In this document: one piece after another, positions 37,376 to 48,859 of the stretch | How the letters are laid out: the number at the start of each line of letters is the position of its first letter | How positions within the stretch are numbered: position 1 is the first letter of the stretch | NCBI RefSeq assembly: GCF_028641065.1 | Contig: NC_073415.1 | Coordinates: 9,176,001-9,240,000, forward strand | Direction: 5' to 3' | Length of the DNA: 64,000 bases | Source of the DNA: Leucoraja erinacea | Lineage: Eukaryota | The notes under the pieces: model-generated | Seen by the model: only the letters and a program-made list of their open reading frames with translations | Database searches by the model: none | What the model was told of the DNA's origin: nothing | Position numbers and translations under genes: made by a program

Positions 37376-39649
37376 GATGAATAATCAAATGTGGGGAAAA
37401 ATGCAGTAATAAGGACCAACAATGGCGTGGGTCTCTGTATCCTCCATCACTGCTGCATCATCATTCCTCTCACTTCCTCACAGGAGGTTTGTCGATAATT
37501 AGAGGCTTAATTAGCAGGAGTGGTGTCTGGACTCTAAGTGGGACATATCAGCTGAATTCCAGGAAGTGTCTGTTATGCTCTCCTCCCTTATCAGTGAGAG
37601 AACACACCAGGAATGTGCCATTGATAAAATAACTCCCATTCCTCAGCCTTAATGGGAAGCTCCTGCAAAGGTAGTTCAGTGTGGAACCTCCTACCGAAAG
37701 CTGGGAGGGAATATGATTCTTAAATCCTCTTTGATCATAAGTGATCGGAGCAGAATTAGGCCATTCAGTGCATCAAGTCTACTCCGCCATTCAATCATGG
37801 CTGATCCACATTCTCCTGCCTTCTCCCCATATAACCCCTGACACCTGGACCGATCAAGAATTCCCAGCTCTTTCATCCTTTGTGTTTAAGAAGGAACTGC
37901 AGATGCTGGAAAATCGAAGGTAGACAAAAGTGCTGGAGAAACTCAACGGGTGCAACAGCATCTATGGAGCGAAGGAAATAGGCAACGTTTCGGGCCAAAA
38001 CCCTTCTTTCATCCTTTGATATCCTTTCCCAGCTAACATATACTGTCTTAGCCCTGTAGCAGCCAGCCTTTTAGAAGAACAGATTTCCATCATCTTTTTG
38101 TGTGAAGAAACGGTTCCTGATTTTTTTCTCTGGTAGGGCCTGGTTCTAATTCTACGTTGTATCCACTTGCTCTCAGGTCCCTAGTCAGAGCTTTCTCTGT
38201 TAATGTCAGATTCCTACACTATTAACCTTGTCTCCCCACTAAACATAGCTTAGCCCATGGACTAATGTGGGACACATACACGGAGTTCCTGGAGTTAAGG
38301 GATATGGATAAAGGAATTTCTTTGAGTGGTGGGATATGGCGAGGGGGAGTTCCTTGAGGCTGAGATATGGGTAAAGGGAGTTATTGGGATGTTGGGTTTT
38401 AACATTGAACAGTGTAGAAAGATTGGCGTGAGTCAACTTTAGAGGTTGTTGAAGTTTGGTGTGCTGGTTATTTAGTTTTCAGGTGAACAAGATTGTGTTA
38501 TTCCAGTTTGGAGATGTATCCAAACAGTGAAAATCTCATAGATGAGACACAGTGCTGGAGTAATTCAGCGGGACAGGCAGCATCTCTGGAGAGAAGGAAT
38601 AGGTGACGTTTCAGGTTGAGACCCTTCTTTAGACCTCATCTTCAGTTTCCTATGTGATATAGACAATGCATCTTTCCAACTGCTCCAAATGTTGCACGAG
38701 GAGTTGTGAGAAACAGAGGAGGCACCTCAACCTCTCAGGAACTAATTTTGCTGCCCTTCTCAATGCATGTCCTAGCATCAGCCAGGACCCAGGGGTTGTG
38801 CTTTGCACTGGTGGCCATGGTGCCTCTGCTGTGCTTCAGACTGAGCTGAGACAAGCCGCACAGAAGACCCACATCAGTTGGCGAACCTCCACTATTTACA
38901 GATCATTCTCTAGCCTGGGCCAAGCAGAAAGGTTCACAAATGACTGCCACCTTTGTGGCTGAGGCTGGATGCCAGACCAGAATAGTGAGAGCTGCAACCT
39001 TCCACAGACTGTGGGGCAGGAGAGCGGAGCAGAGGAAACGTGCAGGAAGGAACTGCAGATGCAGGTTTAAACCAAAGATAGACACAAAAAGCTAGTGTAA
39101 CTCAGCGGGACCGGTAGCATCTCTGGAGTGAAGGAATGGGTGACATTTCGGATCAGAGTTGCTGCCTGGCCAGCTGAGTTACTCCAGATGTTTGTGTCTA
39201 GCTAGAGGGAGCTGAAACCTGATGTGTGCATTCGGACATTGGAGTGGGCAGTCCAGAGAAGCAGCCTCTCTGAACTGCCCTCTCCAATGTCCGAATGCAG
39301 GCAGTCCCTGCCTTGCTATCTCCACGGCTGCTTTGCTTTTGCTCAGGGTCCCGGTGAGGGGAGCCTGCAGGTGGAAATGTTCCCCCCGAACCAGCCAGGG
39401 TGATTTGTGAGGGGATTAGGCTGGAGGCCGGGTGCTGAGGGATTTACGAGCACAGTCTGCAGGATTATACGGAGAAAATTCAAACAAGCATTTCGAGGAG
39501 TTGTAAATATCAAAAGCACCTTGTGAGTGATGGATCACTACAGGAAGCACCCTCTTCACAGTGAAGTGCCAGTGTTGGATGGCTTTGCTGTGGGTATTTC
39601 CCTCTGCATTCCCCTCTTACTCAGAAAGAATTGCTGCAGCAGCCAGATC

Positions 39650-40060
39650 CATAAGACATAGGAGCGGAATTAGGCCATTCAGCCTATCGTCTGCTCTGCC
39701 GTTCAAATATGGCTTACTCTTCCTCTTATTTTTTCCTCTCAACCCCATTCTCCTGTTTTCTCCCAATAATCTTTAATGCTGTTACTGATCAAGAAGTTAT
39801 CAATCTCCACTTTAAAAATATCCAATGAATTGGTCTTCACCCCCACAGCCATCGGTGGCAATGAATTCCATAGATTCACCACCCTCTGGCTAAATAAATT
39901 CCTCATCTCCATTCTATAAGTACGTCCTTTTATTCTGAGGCTATGCCCTCACCCCACTCTCCCACTATTAAAAGAAACATCTTTTCCATATCCTTCATTA
40001 TTCAGTAGTTTTCAAGGAAATCCACTCTCATCCTTCTAAACTCCAGCGAGTACAGGCCTG
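39650..40060 (-). mobile_element. CR1 LINE 3' fragment before the assembly gap at 40087-40246
   Basis: cataagacataggagcggaattaggccattcagcc...gaattccatagattcaccaccctctggc. Confidence 0.65.
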
Positions 40061-41849
40061 TCGATCCGTTGGGGAACAGACCCAATNNNNNNNNNNNNNN
40101 NNNNNNNNNNNNNNNNNNNNNNNNNNNNNNNNNNNNNNNNNNNNNNNNNNNNNNNNNNNNNNNNNNNNNNNNNNNNNNNNNNNNNNNNNNNNNNNNNNNN
40201 NNNNNNNNNNNNNNNNNNNNNNNNNNNNNNNNNNNNNNNNNNNNNNGGTACCAAATGCTGGAGTAACTCAGTGCGTCTTGAGAGGAGAAATAGGTGATAT
40301 TTTAGGTCAGAATCCTTCTTCAGTCTGAAGATATCAGTTATTCTGCATGTTGAATGGGTTCAGTCTGAAGGGTTTTGACCCGAAACATCGCCTATTCCTT
40401 TTCTCCATGGGACACTGGGTTACTCCAGCATTTTGTGTCTATCTTTAGTATGGACATGATGATGGGTTACTCCATACTCTGAGAGATTATGTGATGGTGC
40501 AGTGGGAGTTGATAGTCTATGTGTGTGCTAAAGGTGTGCTAAGTGGAGAGGAATCCAGTGGTATTAACACTCCTGTCTGTCTGATATCCTTCTACATGGT
40601 GGTCGAGGTCACCAGTTTGACATAGCAGCTTTAGCAAATAATCACTGCAGTTACTGTGTAACAGTTGTGGAGGAGATGACTGTTTAGATTCATAATTCAA
40701 GCAAAGTGCTCTGTTTGTTGAGCACTGCACTTGTTCCATTGTGTTTCTAACTGTGTTTTGTAGATGATGAGGAGAGAGTTTGAGTTTATTGTCACGTGTA
40801 CCGAGGTACAGTGAAAAGCTTTTGTTGCAGAAAGACAATACATGATTACAATCGGGTAGTCCAGTGTTTATGTACATGATAAAAGGGAAAGCAAGAAATG
40901 CTGCAGTGGGAGTAGGGATGTAATGCGTGATTGCAGATCCACCCCTTGTAGCAACCCAGGCCAGTTAAACTCCTGGTCAACATTGACCCACAGAGATCAC
41001 AGGGCTGGCGAATGTTGAATGTGATCAGATGTTCTTGTTGAAGATGGTTATCGCCTGCCACTTGTGACTGTCAAGGTCTCATTGACATCCAAGGCCATTT
41101 ACTGCCCAGGTAATTTACACCTGGCACGCTGGCCTCGTGCTGTGCGAGGGACTCCAGACCCAGTACAGATGTGAGTGGGTTTTGGACACGGTGCAAGTGG
41201 GAAGAGGTTTTTAAGAGCACGCTCTGGGTGTGTGATGGGTTGAGGATATCGCAGGTGTGAAACATGCCCTGGAATGGCAATGGGTTCTGGTTATGGAACA
41301 GGTGTTGGATGGGCTTGGTTCACTGTGCAGGAATATGGGGCTTTGGGTGCAGCATAGGTGTTGTATGTGACCAGTTGTACTTGGATACAATTAGGTTTGT
41401 GTCTTCACAGATGTGATGAGCTTTGTGTACAGGTGTTTGTATCGTGTCTGGTCCACGTGAGCTGAGTGTTCTGTACACACATGCGATTCGGATTGAAGCG
41501 AAGGCTTTGGCTTGAGACAGACCCCCATTTTAACGCAACAGTGAGAGTGATATCTGCTCCACTGCCATCCTTTTAAGGAAGTTTAAGAATAGAAGGGCAG
41601 ATGTGGAGGGAGGGACCTGGTGGAGGGCGGTCATGAGGCAGGTGCTGCCTCTGGTGGGCTGGGCGGGTACTGTTGGCCTGCAGCTGATGATTCATTGGCA
41701 GGATCAGGATGAGCTTTGCTTTGCTCACGGTAAGCGTGGTTTCTGTAGCTCCCTGAGGTATGTGGACTTGCTGACACCCGGCAGCTCACCGGCTAGACAT
41801 GCCAGGAATGTCCTATGAAATATGTGCCGGTGCAAGGATTCAGGGAAAG

Positions 41850-42012
41850 CGATGCGCTTTAAATACTTCAATTCACTCGCTCCATCACATAACATTCGGC
41901 AGCAGCGGGGCAAGAGCGGCTGAAATTACATTCAGATCAAGAACTGGGAGCGATCGCGGGGAAAGCCGCTCTGCCTGCTCACCACACGACGGGATCTCCG
42001 AACGCTAGGACA
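41850..42012 (+). promoter_or_regulatory. Candidate PSPN core promoter and 5' UTR
   Basis: TATA-like TTTAAATA at 41858-41865, an Inr-like cattc about 30 nt downstream, and a CpG-rich leader running into acaATGG. Confidence 0.35.
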
Positions 42013-43631
42013 ATGGCAATCCACACACTGCTCGCTCTACTCATCGCTTTTCCCATTGTCAGGGGAAGTGCACCTCCAGAAACCAGGGAGCCAGCATCGC
42101 GTCTGCCTGGTAAGTCAGGCTCCCCAATCCCATCACAGTTACAGGATGACTTTCGGTAACGTTCGGGAGTGTGTGTGTGTGTGTGTGTGTGTATATACAT
42201 ATTTTAGCTTTATCTGAAGATCGGCGCAAAATGCTGGAGTAACTCAGCGGGACAGGCAGCATCTCTGGAGAAAAGGAATAGGTGATGTTTCGGGTCGAGA
42301 CCCTTCATCAGACTGGGGGGCAGACAGATGGGTCTCCACCCAAAACGTCACCTATTTACTTTCTCCAGACATGCTGCCTGACCCGCTGAGTTACTCCAGC
42401 ATTTTTTATCTAACATCTGATTCACACGCGTGCTTTCAGTAATGAAGCCTGATGTTCCTAGTCTGTAAACAACAGATTAAGGAATGTGACAACATTCAGC
42501 TGGCTGCTCGTCCTGGTGCCTAAATGTTGTGCTTAAATCAGGTGCACAATACTATAGATAGACATAAAAAGCTGGAGTAACTCAGCGGGTCAGACAGCAT
42601 CTCTGGAGAAAAGGAATAGGTGACGTTTCGGATCAAAACCCTTCTTCAGACAGTCAGGAGAGAGGGAAACTGGAGATGTGAAAAGATGCTAAGATCAAAA
42701 GAATGAAAGGTTTGAAAAAATGCTGCTGCCTGTCCTGCTGAGTTACTCCGGCTTTTTGTGTCTATCTTTGGTTTAAACCAGCATCTGCAGTTCCTTCCTA
42801 TGCATGATACATGGTCTTTAGGACCGCAGGATTCGGAGATGTGTGGAAACGTACTAAAGTCAGCTTTCATATTCAGCATCTCAGAAATGGATATTTCTGT
42901 TTGTTCAAATTATACGCCTGATTACTGAGTGGTGTTTCCGATTGCTTGTTGGGATATTAATTCATGGCTTTACCTTGCACTAAATGTTATTCCCTTATCA
43001 TGTATCTGTACAATGTAATGGATAATTGTAATCATGTATTGTCTTTCCACTGACTCGATAGCATGCAACAAAAGGTTTTTACTGTACCTGGGTACACGTG
43101 ACAATAAACTGATACTGAAGCAAGGAGCCATTCGTTGTTGGGGTATTAATTGGTGTGCTGTTTCTTGCAGTGACGTCCAGAGTTTCTGACGTGGGGCCAG
43201 AGGAAGAGTCTACACCATCTCCCATGCCAGTGCTGTCGCTTGAAGCTTCCGACCCGCAGTCGCTCCCAGGCAGGTCCCGCAGGAAGCGCAAGATGTTTGT
43301 GATGAGGAAGGGCGATGCGTGGGAGGAGCGGAGTTGCAGGCTGCAGGCACTGCAGCTGCGGGTGCAGGACCTGGGCCTGGGCTACCAGTCCGACGAGATA
43401 GTCCTCTTCAAGTACTGTAGCGGCAGCTGCCCCCTGACCCGCACCAACCACGACCTGACCCTGTCGCTGCTCCTGCGCAAGGCCGAGCTGCTCAACCTGT
43501 CCCGGGAGAAGATCGTCAGCGACCCCTGCTGCCGCCCAACGCAGTTCAAGGACGTCACCTTCCTCGACACCACCAACCGCTGGCAAACTGTGGAGAAGCT
43601 CTCCGCATCTGAGTGCAGCTGCATCGGTTAA
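42013..43631 (+). CDS. PSPN: GDNF-family ligand precursor, 185 aa; persephin ortholog by synteny
   Basis: Exon 1 is 42013-42109 (signal-peptide-like MAIHTLLALLIAFPIVRGS..., G|gtaagt). Exon 2 is 43171-43631, with the furin-like RSRRKR and a seven-cysteine knot carrying the GFL motifs LGLGYQSDE, FKYCSGSC, PCCRPT, FLD and LSASECSCIG. Its position between GTF2F1 and a convergent ALKBH7 is the same as human PSPN. Confidence 0.88.
42229..42405. mobile_element. Inverted Penelope-type pair in the PSPN intron; the minus copy has a canonical CUGAUGA core
   Basis: 42284-42311 reverse complement is CTGATGAAGGGTCTCGACCCGAAACATC; the second arm is gggtctccacccaaaacgtc...gctgagttactccagc. Confidence 0.75.
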
Positions 43632-44663
43632 CCCGGGGGGGAGGTTGGGGGGGGGGGGGTCTATGGGGAGGGGGGGTTTAGGACGACCAGGTCTGAAAAG
43701 GAGGCAATTTCGTGAGTCAGAAGGGCAGGGGGATGTTGAAAAATCAGTCAGTGTGCAGACATTAAGTTCCAGCGCACATCCTCTCTCCCACCAGGGCTGT
43801 GTTAGGGTACACAACCAACTTTGTAGTTGGGATGGGGGATGGGGGAGGGGGAGGTGGATGTTGGGTGGGTTGTTCTAACAGTGCCCCGTATGCGAGACAG
43901 TAGTTCCCCATACTCGTGGAGCCCTCTGTCCTTGTCAACCATCCCAATGTACTAATCCCAGCCGGGCTGGTCTGGAGGGCCGGATGTGCCCGAGTACCAG
44001 CAGCCTGCTGGCGGGGGACCTGCGCTGTCTGACAGGGAGAAGCTGGGGGAGGGGGGGGGGGGGGGGAATGGTGCAGGTCCAACTCGGGATTCATCGCACT
44101 CTGCAGCGATCAGCCCGGGGAACCCACTCGTCCTGTGCACAGGTGGGGCGAGACATACAGACACACGCCCAGGCACTCACACACACGCCCAGCCACAGAC
44201 TCCAACACACACATGTACATGTACCACGTCCCCCAACACACACACCCACACCCCGACACACACGGACCCAGACAAACAAACATTCCTGAAATACAAGGGT
44301 CAGGTCAGAACTGACCAAGGGTTTCGGACCAAGGGTTGGGAGTTGTTCAAGTCAGAGAATTACTTTAGAGAATTACAGACTTTATCTAGCCCGCTGAACT
44401 GCAGCTAAGCTCAATGCTGTAAATGTGACAAGTATTTATACTGAAACTGGCCCTCTGGTCACTAGTATTTAACATTTCCATTCTCCATGATGAAGGTAGT
44501 TTGAAGTTTGGGCTGTGGTGGTGGGGGTGCGCGGAGAGAGAGCAGGAGGCAGATTCAGTGACGAGCAGCGGGAGCCAGGGATTGCTGATGGTTCATGTTG
44601 TCAGAAATATTTATGTATCTAAATTATTTATTTATTTTAAAGACTGCTGTTCAACGCTTAAGA

Positions 44664-44669
44664 TTTATT
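44664..44669 (-). terminator. Candidate ALKBH7 poly(A) signal (further copies at 44627-44636)
   Basis: tttatt on plus (AATAAA on minus), about 140 nt after the ALKBH7 stop at 44807. Confidence 0.55.
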
Positions 44670-44682
44670 TGCTCTCTATTCA

Positions 44683-44688
44683 AATAAA
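44683..44688 (+). terminator. Candidate PSPN poly(A) signal
   Basis: AATAAA about 1.05 kb after the stop, preceded by an AU-rich ttatttatttatttt tract. Confidence 0.55.
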
Positions 44689-44806
44689 GATTGCTGAAGA
44701 GATGACCTGGTCTGTGATTATAGGGAGGGAGGGACACAATGCAATGGCACAACATCATGTTAGACCATGAATGAATCAGTGGAGTTACCAAGGAGTCCAG
44801 TGCTGG

Positions 44807-47377
44807 TCATCCTGTCGCTGCCACTGGGCTAACAGGCAGGTTCCTGCAGATTACTGAGATCCGACGATCGCGAAGTACCTTCTGTCCACCGAAGAACGAC
44901 TCCTCCTCTTTCAAGATCTGGTGGCTGAACTGGTATCGAGCGGCTCCCCTGTAAAACACCCCCAGCGCCGTGATGAACGAGGGGAGAAAGGATGCAATGC
45001 TCCTTCCTATCCCATCCTGGACATTCTCCCACTTTCCTTCATCTTCCTAACTCTTTCCGTTACAACCCACATCTTCATTTCTCTCTTTTATACACATGCG
45101 GGCGGGCACACACACATGCACGCACACTCAACACACACACGCACACACACACACAAACACGAACATGCACCCAACACACACACAGATAGAAAAAAACAGA
45201 GACACACACACGGACCGAAAGGAACACATGCAGACAGAAAGACACAACCACACACATATAGACACAGAGACAAATATCCAGATGCAGATAGAGACACGCA
45301 CGCCTCTTATCTCCCTCACACATCCTCCACTCCCCAAACACCCTCTATTTTTTCCTCTGCCATTTGCTGTTCTTCTCCCTCCTCCCATTTCTCCAGTCTG
45401 GCCCCACTCCGCAGCTCACCGCAGAACGTAGGCACACCGCCGCTGCAGCAGCAAATCCACTCGGTCCCCGCTGTTGTCTTCACTCAGCAGCCGCATCACA
45501 CTGCCCGACAGCAGGCACAGGCCGGCGATCGTGTCCCCACAGAACTGCCAGGAGAGAGGGGGCGCCGGCAGGTAACTCACCACAGAAAGAACAGTACTCG
45601 ATCACGTAAGCACACAACTGTGCTAGTGCGCACACATATTGCACACACAACTGTGTCTTAATCAAAGCCCATCTAAAAACATTTTAAGAGCAATTTTTAC
45701 AGCACATTTGGACACTGTAGATAGGAACGTAACTAAACATTTTGATAGGAATTAATAAAGACAAATAGTTACATAATGCTCCAATGGATGTGAATGAATC
45801 CTGGGAGAGGTGTGAGCAAATGTGTGTGTGTGTCCATGCCCATGTAAGTGGGTTTGTACATGATATGGAGCAAGCTGTTGTGCACTGGGTAGTGCTTCCT
45901 GAGGGGCTGTGGAAGGCGATCTCAACAGAAATGTTCAAAAATTGGTTTAGGAAGGAAAGTACATAAAGTATTTACCATCATTCTTTTGGGTCCAATCCCA
46001 AAATACTGTGAATAGACCAATTCCAACACATGAATGAGGGTAAAAGGTAGAAGAGTCCAAATACACCAAGCTTGCTTTGGAAGGAGCCGCTATAACCGGC
46101 AGTGTTGGACACCAACCTTCACACTGTCCACGTGAGGATTGATGAAACCCGTCTTCTCCAGGTCCAGTACATGCACCATTGAGAGCTGAGGCACCCCTGG
46201 AGGGAACGCAATATCCCGCAGCCGCTGCAGGATAGCTGCATTCTGCTCACTCCACTGCAACTTCTCAATCTCCCGATAACCATGGATTGCCTCCGATCAG
46301 TTAACAGAAAGAGAGAGAAAAAAATCAATCACAACCCTGAGCTATCTGCTACAGGATACTCTTCACAATGTAAATAGCAGGGTGAAGTGGCACAAAATGT
46401 CCCCAAATAGCAAGATTGAGAAAAATCCCTGCGGCGAGTACAATTACTATGTTTAAAACAGTTAGATAGGTTCACAGATAGGAAAGGTTTAGAAGGTTGT
46501 GGGCAAATGGAAGGCAATTTGGATGCTTGGATGAGTTGGATCAAAATGGTTCGTTTCTACGTTGTATGTCTATGGCTTTATGTTATTAGTATATTAAGGG
46601 CAAGCGGTCAACTAGGGAAAACGTAGGGACCATTAGGATCAAGGTGGCAACCTGTGTGTGGATCCAGAATTTAGATCTAAAATGAATATATCTCGTCCGA
46701 TTTTCCTTTAGAAAGGGATGTGTATTTGGAGAATTGAAAGGACAGTGGAATCGTTGAACAACCAACCGTGGAAAAGTGACAGATATTAGATGTCTTAGTG
46801 CGTTTATGATGGTTAGGTTTACAGGGGCTGCTTATAGGAAGCGATGGAGCAGATTACTGTCAAGCAGTGTAATAAAATGAATGAGAAAAAAAGTGCAAGG
46901 TATGTGTGTGTGTGTGTATATATATATGTGTGTATACACACACACACCTTAATGATTGATAAGACAATGAGAGGCATAGATACGGTCGAGCAGGGGAGTG
47001 TCGAGTTTTAAGGCGAGAGGGGAGACATTTAAAGGAGATCTAAGGGTAGGTTTTCCACAGAGGTGGTGGTCACCTTGGTAGTTTTAGCCTTTGATCGCGG
47101 TGGTGCAGATTACCTGGTCCCAGTGATCGTGTTGGTAGCGCTGGCGCTTGAGCCGTGGCTCCAGCTCCTGAAGCAGCGCCGCCTCCTCGGCCGGGCTGAC
47201 GAAGCCGGGCCGCAGCTCCACGTCCCGGGACAAGCGCTGGACCAGCTCGGGGCTGGAGGCGAGCATCAGCTGCGGGCCCGGCGCTCCGTGAGGCCTGTGG
47301 GGCTGCAGCAGCAACACCCGCGGCCTCAGCGCCCTGCCCCGGCCCAGGGCCCGCACACACAGGCCGCTCGGACTCAT
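44807..47377 (-). CDS. ALKBH7: AlkB homolog 7, mitochondrial Fe(II)/2-oxoglutarate dioxygenase, 234 aa, 4 exons
   Basis: Exons (minus): 47377-47114, 46290-46117, 45544-45420, 44948-44807. Arg-rich, mitochondrial-targeting-like N-terminus; [21 protein letters not shown], HxD motif [20 protein letters not shown] and RRISVICR match ALKBH7. Confidence 0.95.
45090..45305. repeat. Degenerate (CA)n microsatellite in ALKBH7 intron 3
   Basis: cacacac-rich run; the source of spurious His/Thr-rich ORFs. Confidence 0.8.
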
Positions 47378-47419
47378 GGCCCCGGGGAAAAGGCCTTTGT
47401 GAGTAAAAACGACCCGTTC

Positions 47420-47515
47420 AGATCAGTCCATGGGCGCCGCCATCTTCTCGCCGCGCGATGCATTGTAGGTGAGGCGCGTGCGCACACGGGGAAACCGCGA
47501 CTGGTCACGTGGTGG
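47420..47515 (-). promoter_or_regulatory. ALKBH7 CpG promoter with YY1, ZNF143/Staf, NRF1 and E-box motifs
   Basis: On minus, AAGATGGCGGC (YY1) at ~47436-47446 and CACCTACAATGCATCGCG (Staf/ZNF143-like) at 47454-47471; GCGCGTGCGCA (NRF1-like) at 47474-47484; GGTCACGTGG (USF/E-box) at 47503-47512. Confidence 0.65.
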
Positions 47516-48565
47516 AGCTGAGGCCTTTCAGCCCATGGAGCCCATACTGGCCCTCAGAGCAATTTCATGTAGTTTAGCCCATTTCTTCTTTCCAGAGATG
47601 CTGCCTATCCCGCTGAGTTACTCCAGCATTCTGTGACTACCTTTGGTGGAAGCCAGCATCTGCCTTTGGTGGAAGCCAGCATCTGCAGTTCCTTCCTATT
47701 CGTGCAGTTTAGTTTATTGTCACGTTCCACCAGCCCGGCGTGAGGGCCTGAACATCGGGCCACCCGGGGCGGCGACTGCGGGTGCTTGGAAGGCCCCGTC
47801 CACGGATGAACACGGAGGGGAGGCTGGCTGGACTATGGTGCCGTCCTCACCTGGGTGCCATTTATGTTATGTTGTGTCGTGGACTTCTGTATTTGTGCTT
47901 TTTTTTAAATTTTAATTCAATTTCAATTTTATTTTTAATATGTTTTATTATTTATTTATTATTTATTTTTATAATTTCTTTGTGATTTTTTTAATGATAC
48001 TGCCTGTAAGGGAAATTCATTTCGTTGTCTCAAATTGAGACAATGACAATAAATTTGAATACAATACAATACAATACAATGCAAGTGAAAAGCTTTTGTT
48101 AACCAGTGCTAACCAGTCAGCAGAAAGACAATACACGATTACAATCGTGCCATTCACGTTTCCATGCATGCTCTCAGAGCAATCTCATGTAGGAGGCCTT
48201 TCAGCCCATCAAGTCCATGCTGGCTCTCAGAACAACCTCAAATGTGGGTGGTCTTTCAGCCCATCATGCTGGCTATCAGAACAATTTCATTAGTCCAATT
48301 CCCCCGCTTCTCAGTAATACCTTTGATCTCAAATACTGATTAATTTCAAGTGTCTTGGTTCTTGGTTCTCCAAAATATTCCAAATGGAATTTAAACTGGA
48401 GGTGGTGAAGGGAGGGCTTAAGCCAGAAAGGGTTATTGGGAAGAAGTCAAGAGAGTTTAATTATCATATGTCGAAAACAATACAATCAACAATTTACAAT
48501 GCTCGGTAAACTTCACAACAAAGTCAAAATTGAAACAGTAGTAACCAAGAAGTGATAAATTGGAT

Positions 48566-48571
48566 TTTATT
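48566..48571 (-). terminator. Candidate WDR83OS poly(A) signal
   Basis: tttatt on plus, about 290 nt downstream of the stop at 48860. Confidence 0.45.
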
Positions 48572-48859
48572 CCTATTATTGGGTAGTGATTCCCCATGCC
48601 GTGACACAGACATCCTCGTGATGCGCCCACTGCACAGTGTAATGTGGTGCCAACATTGATTCATCGCTGGGCACTGCCACTGGAAGGAGAGCTGGCGTTG
48701 GTGACAGGATGGCATCCTGTAGCCTGGCTTCGAGGTTGTCAGTGTGTGCAAGTGATTGGGCGGAGAGGCAGGTTGCTGGAGATGGGGGAGGAAGCAGGAG
48801 GATTGCATTCACGGTGTCCCCTCCCTTGTCCATTACCAGAGTTGAGGGGGGTTCGTGTT

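Noticed and set aside
43146-43814. 222-aa minus-strand ORF
   Set aside because: Antisense shadow of the GC-rich PSPN exon 2, with no independent motifs.
44921-45661. 246-aa His/Thr-rich plus-strand ORF
   Set aside because: Produced by a (CA)n microsatellite and the antisense of ALKBH7 exons 3-4.
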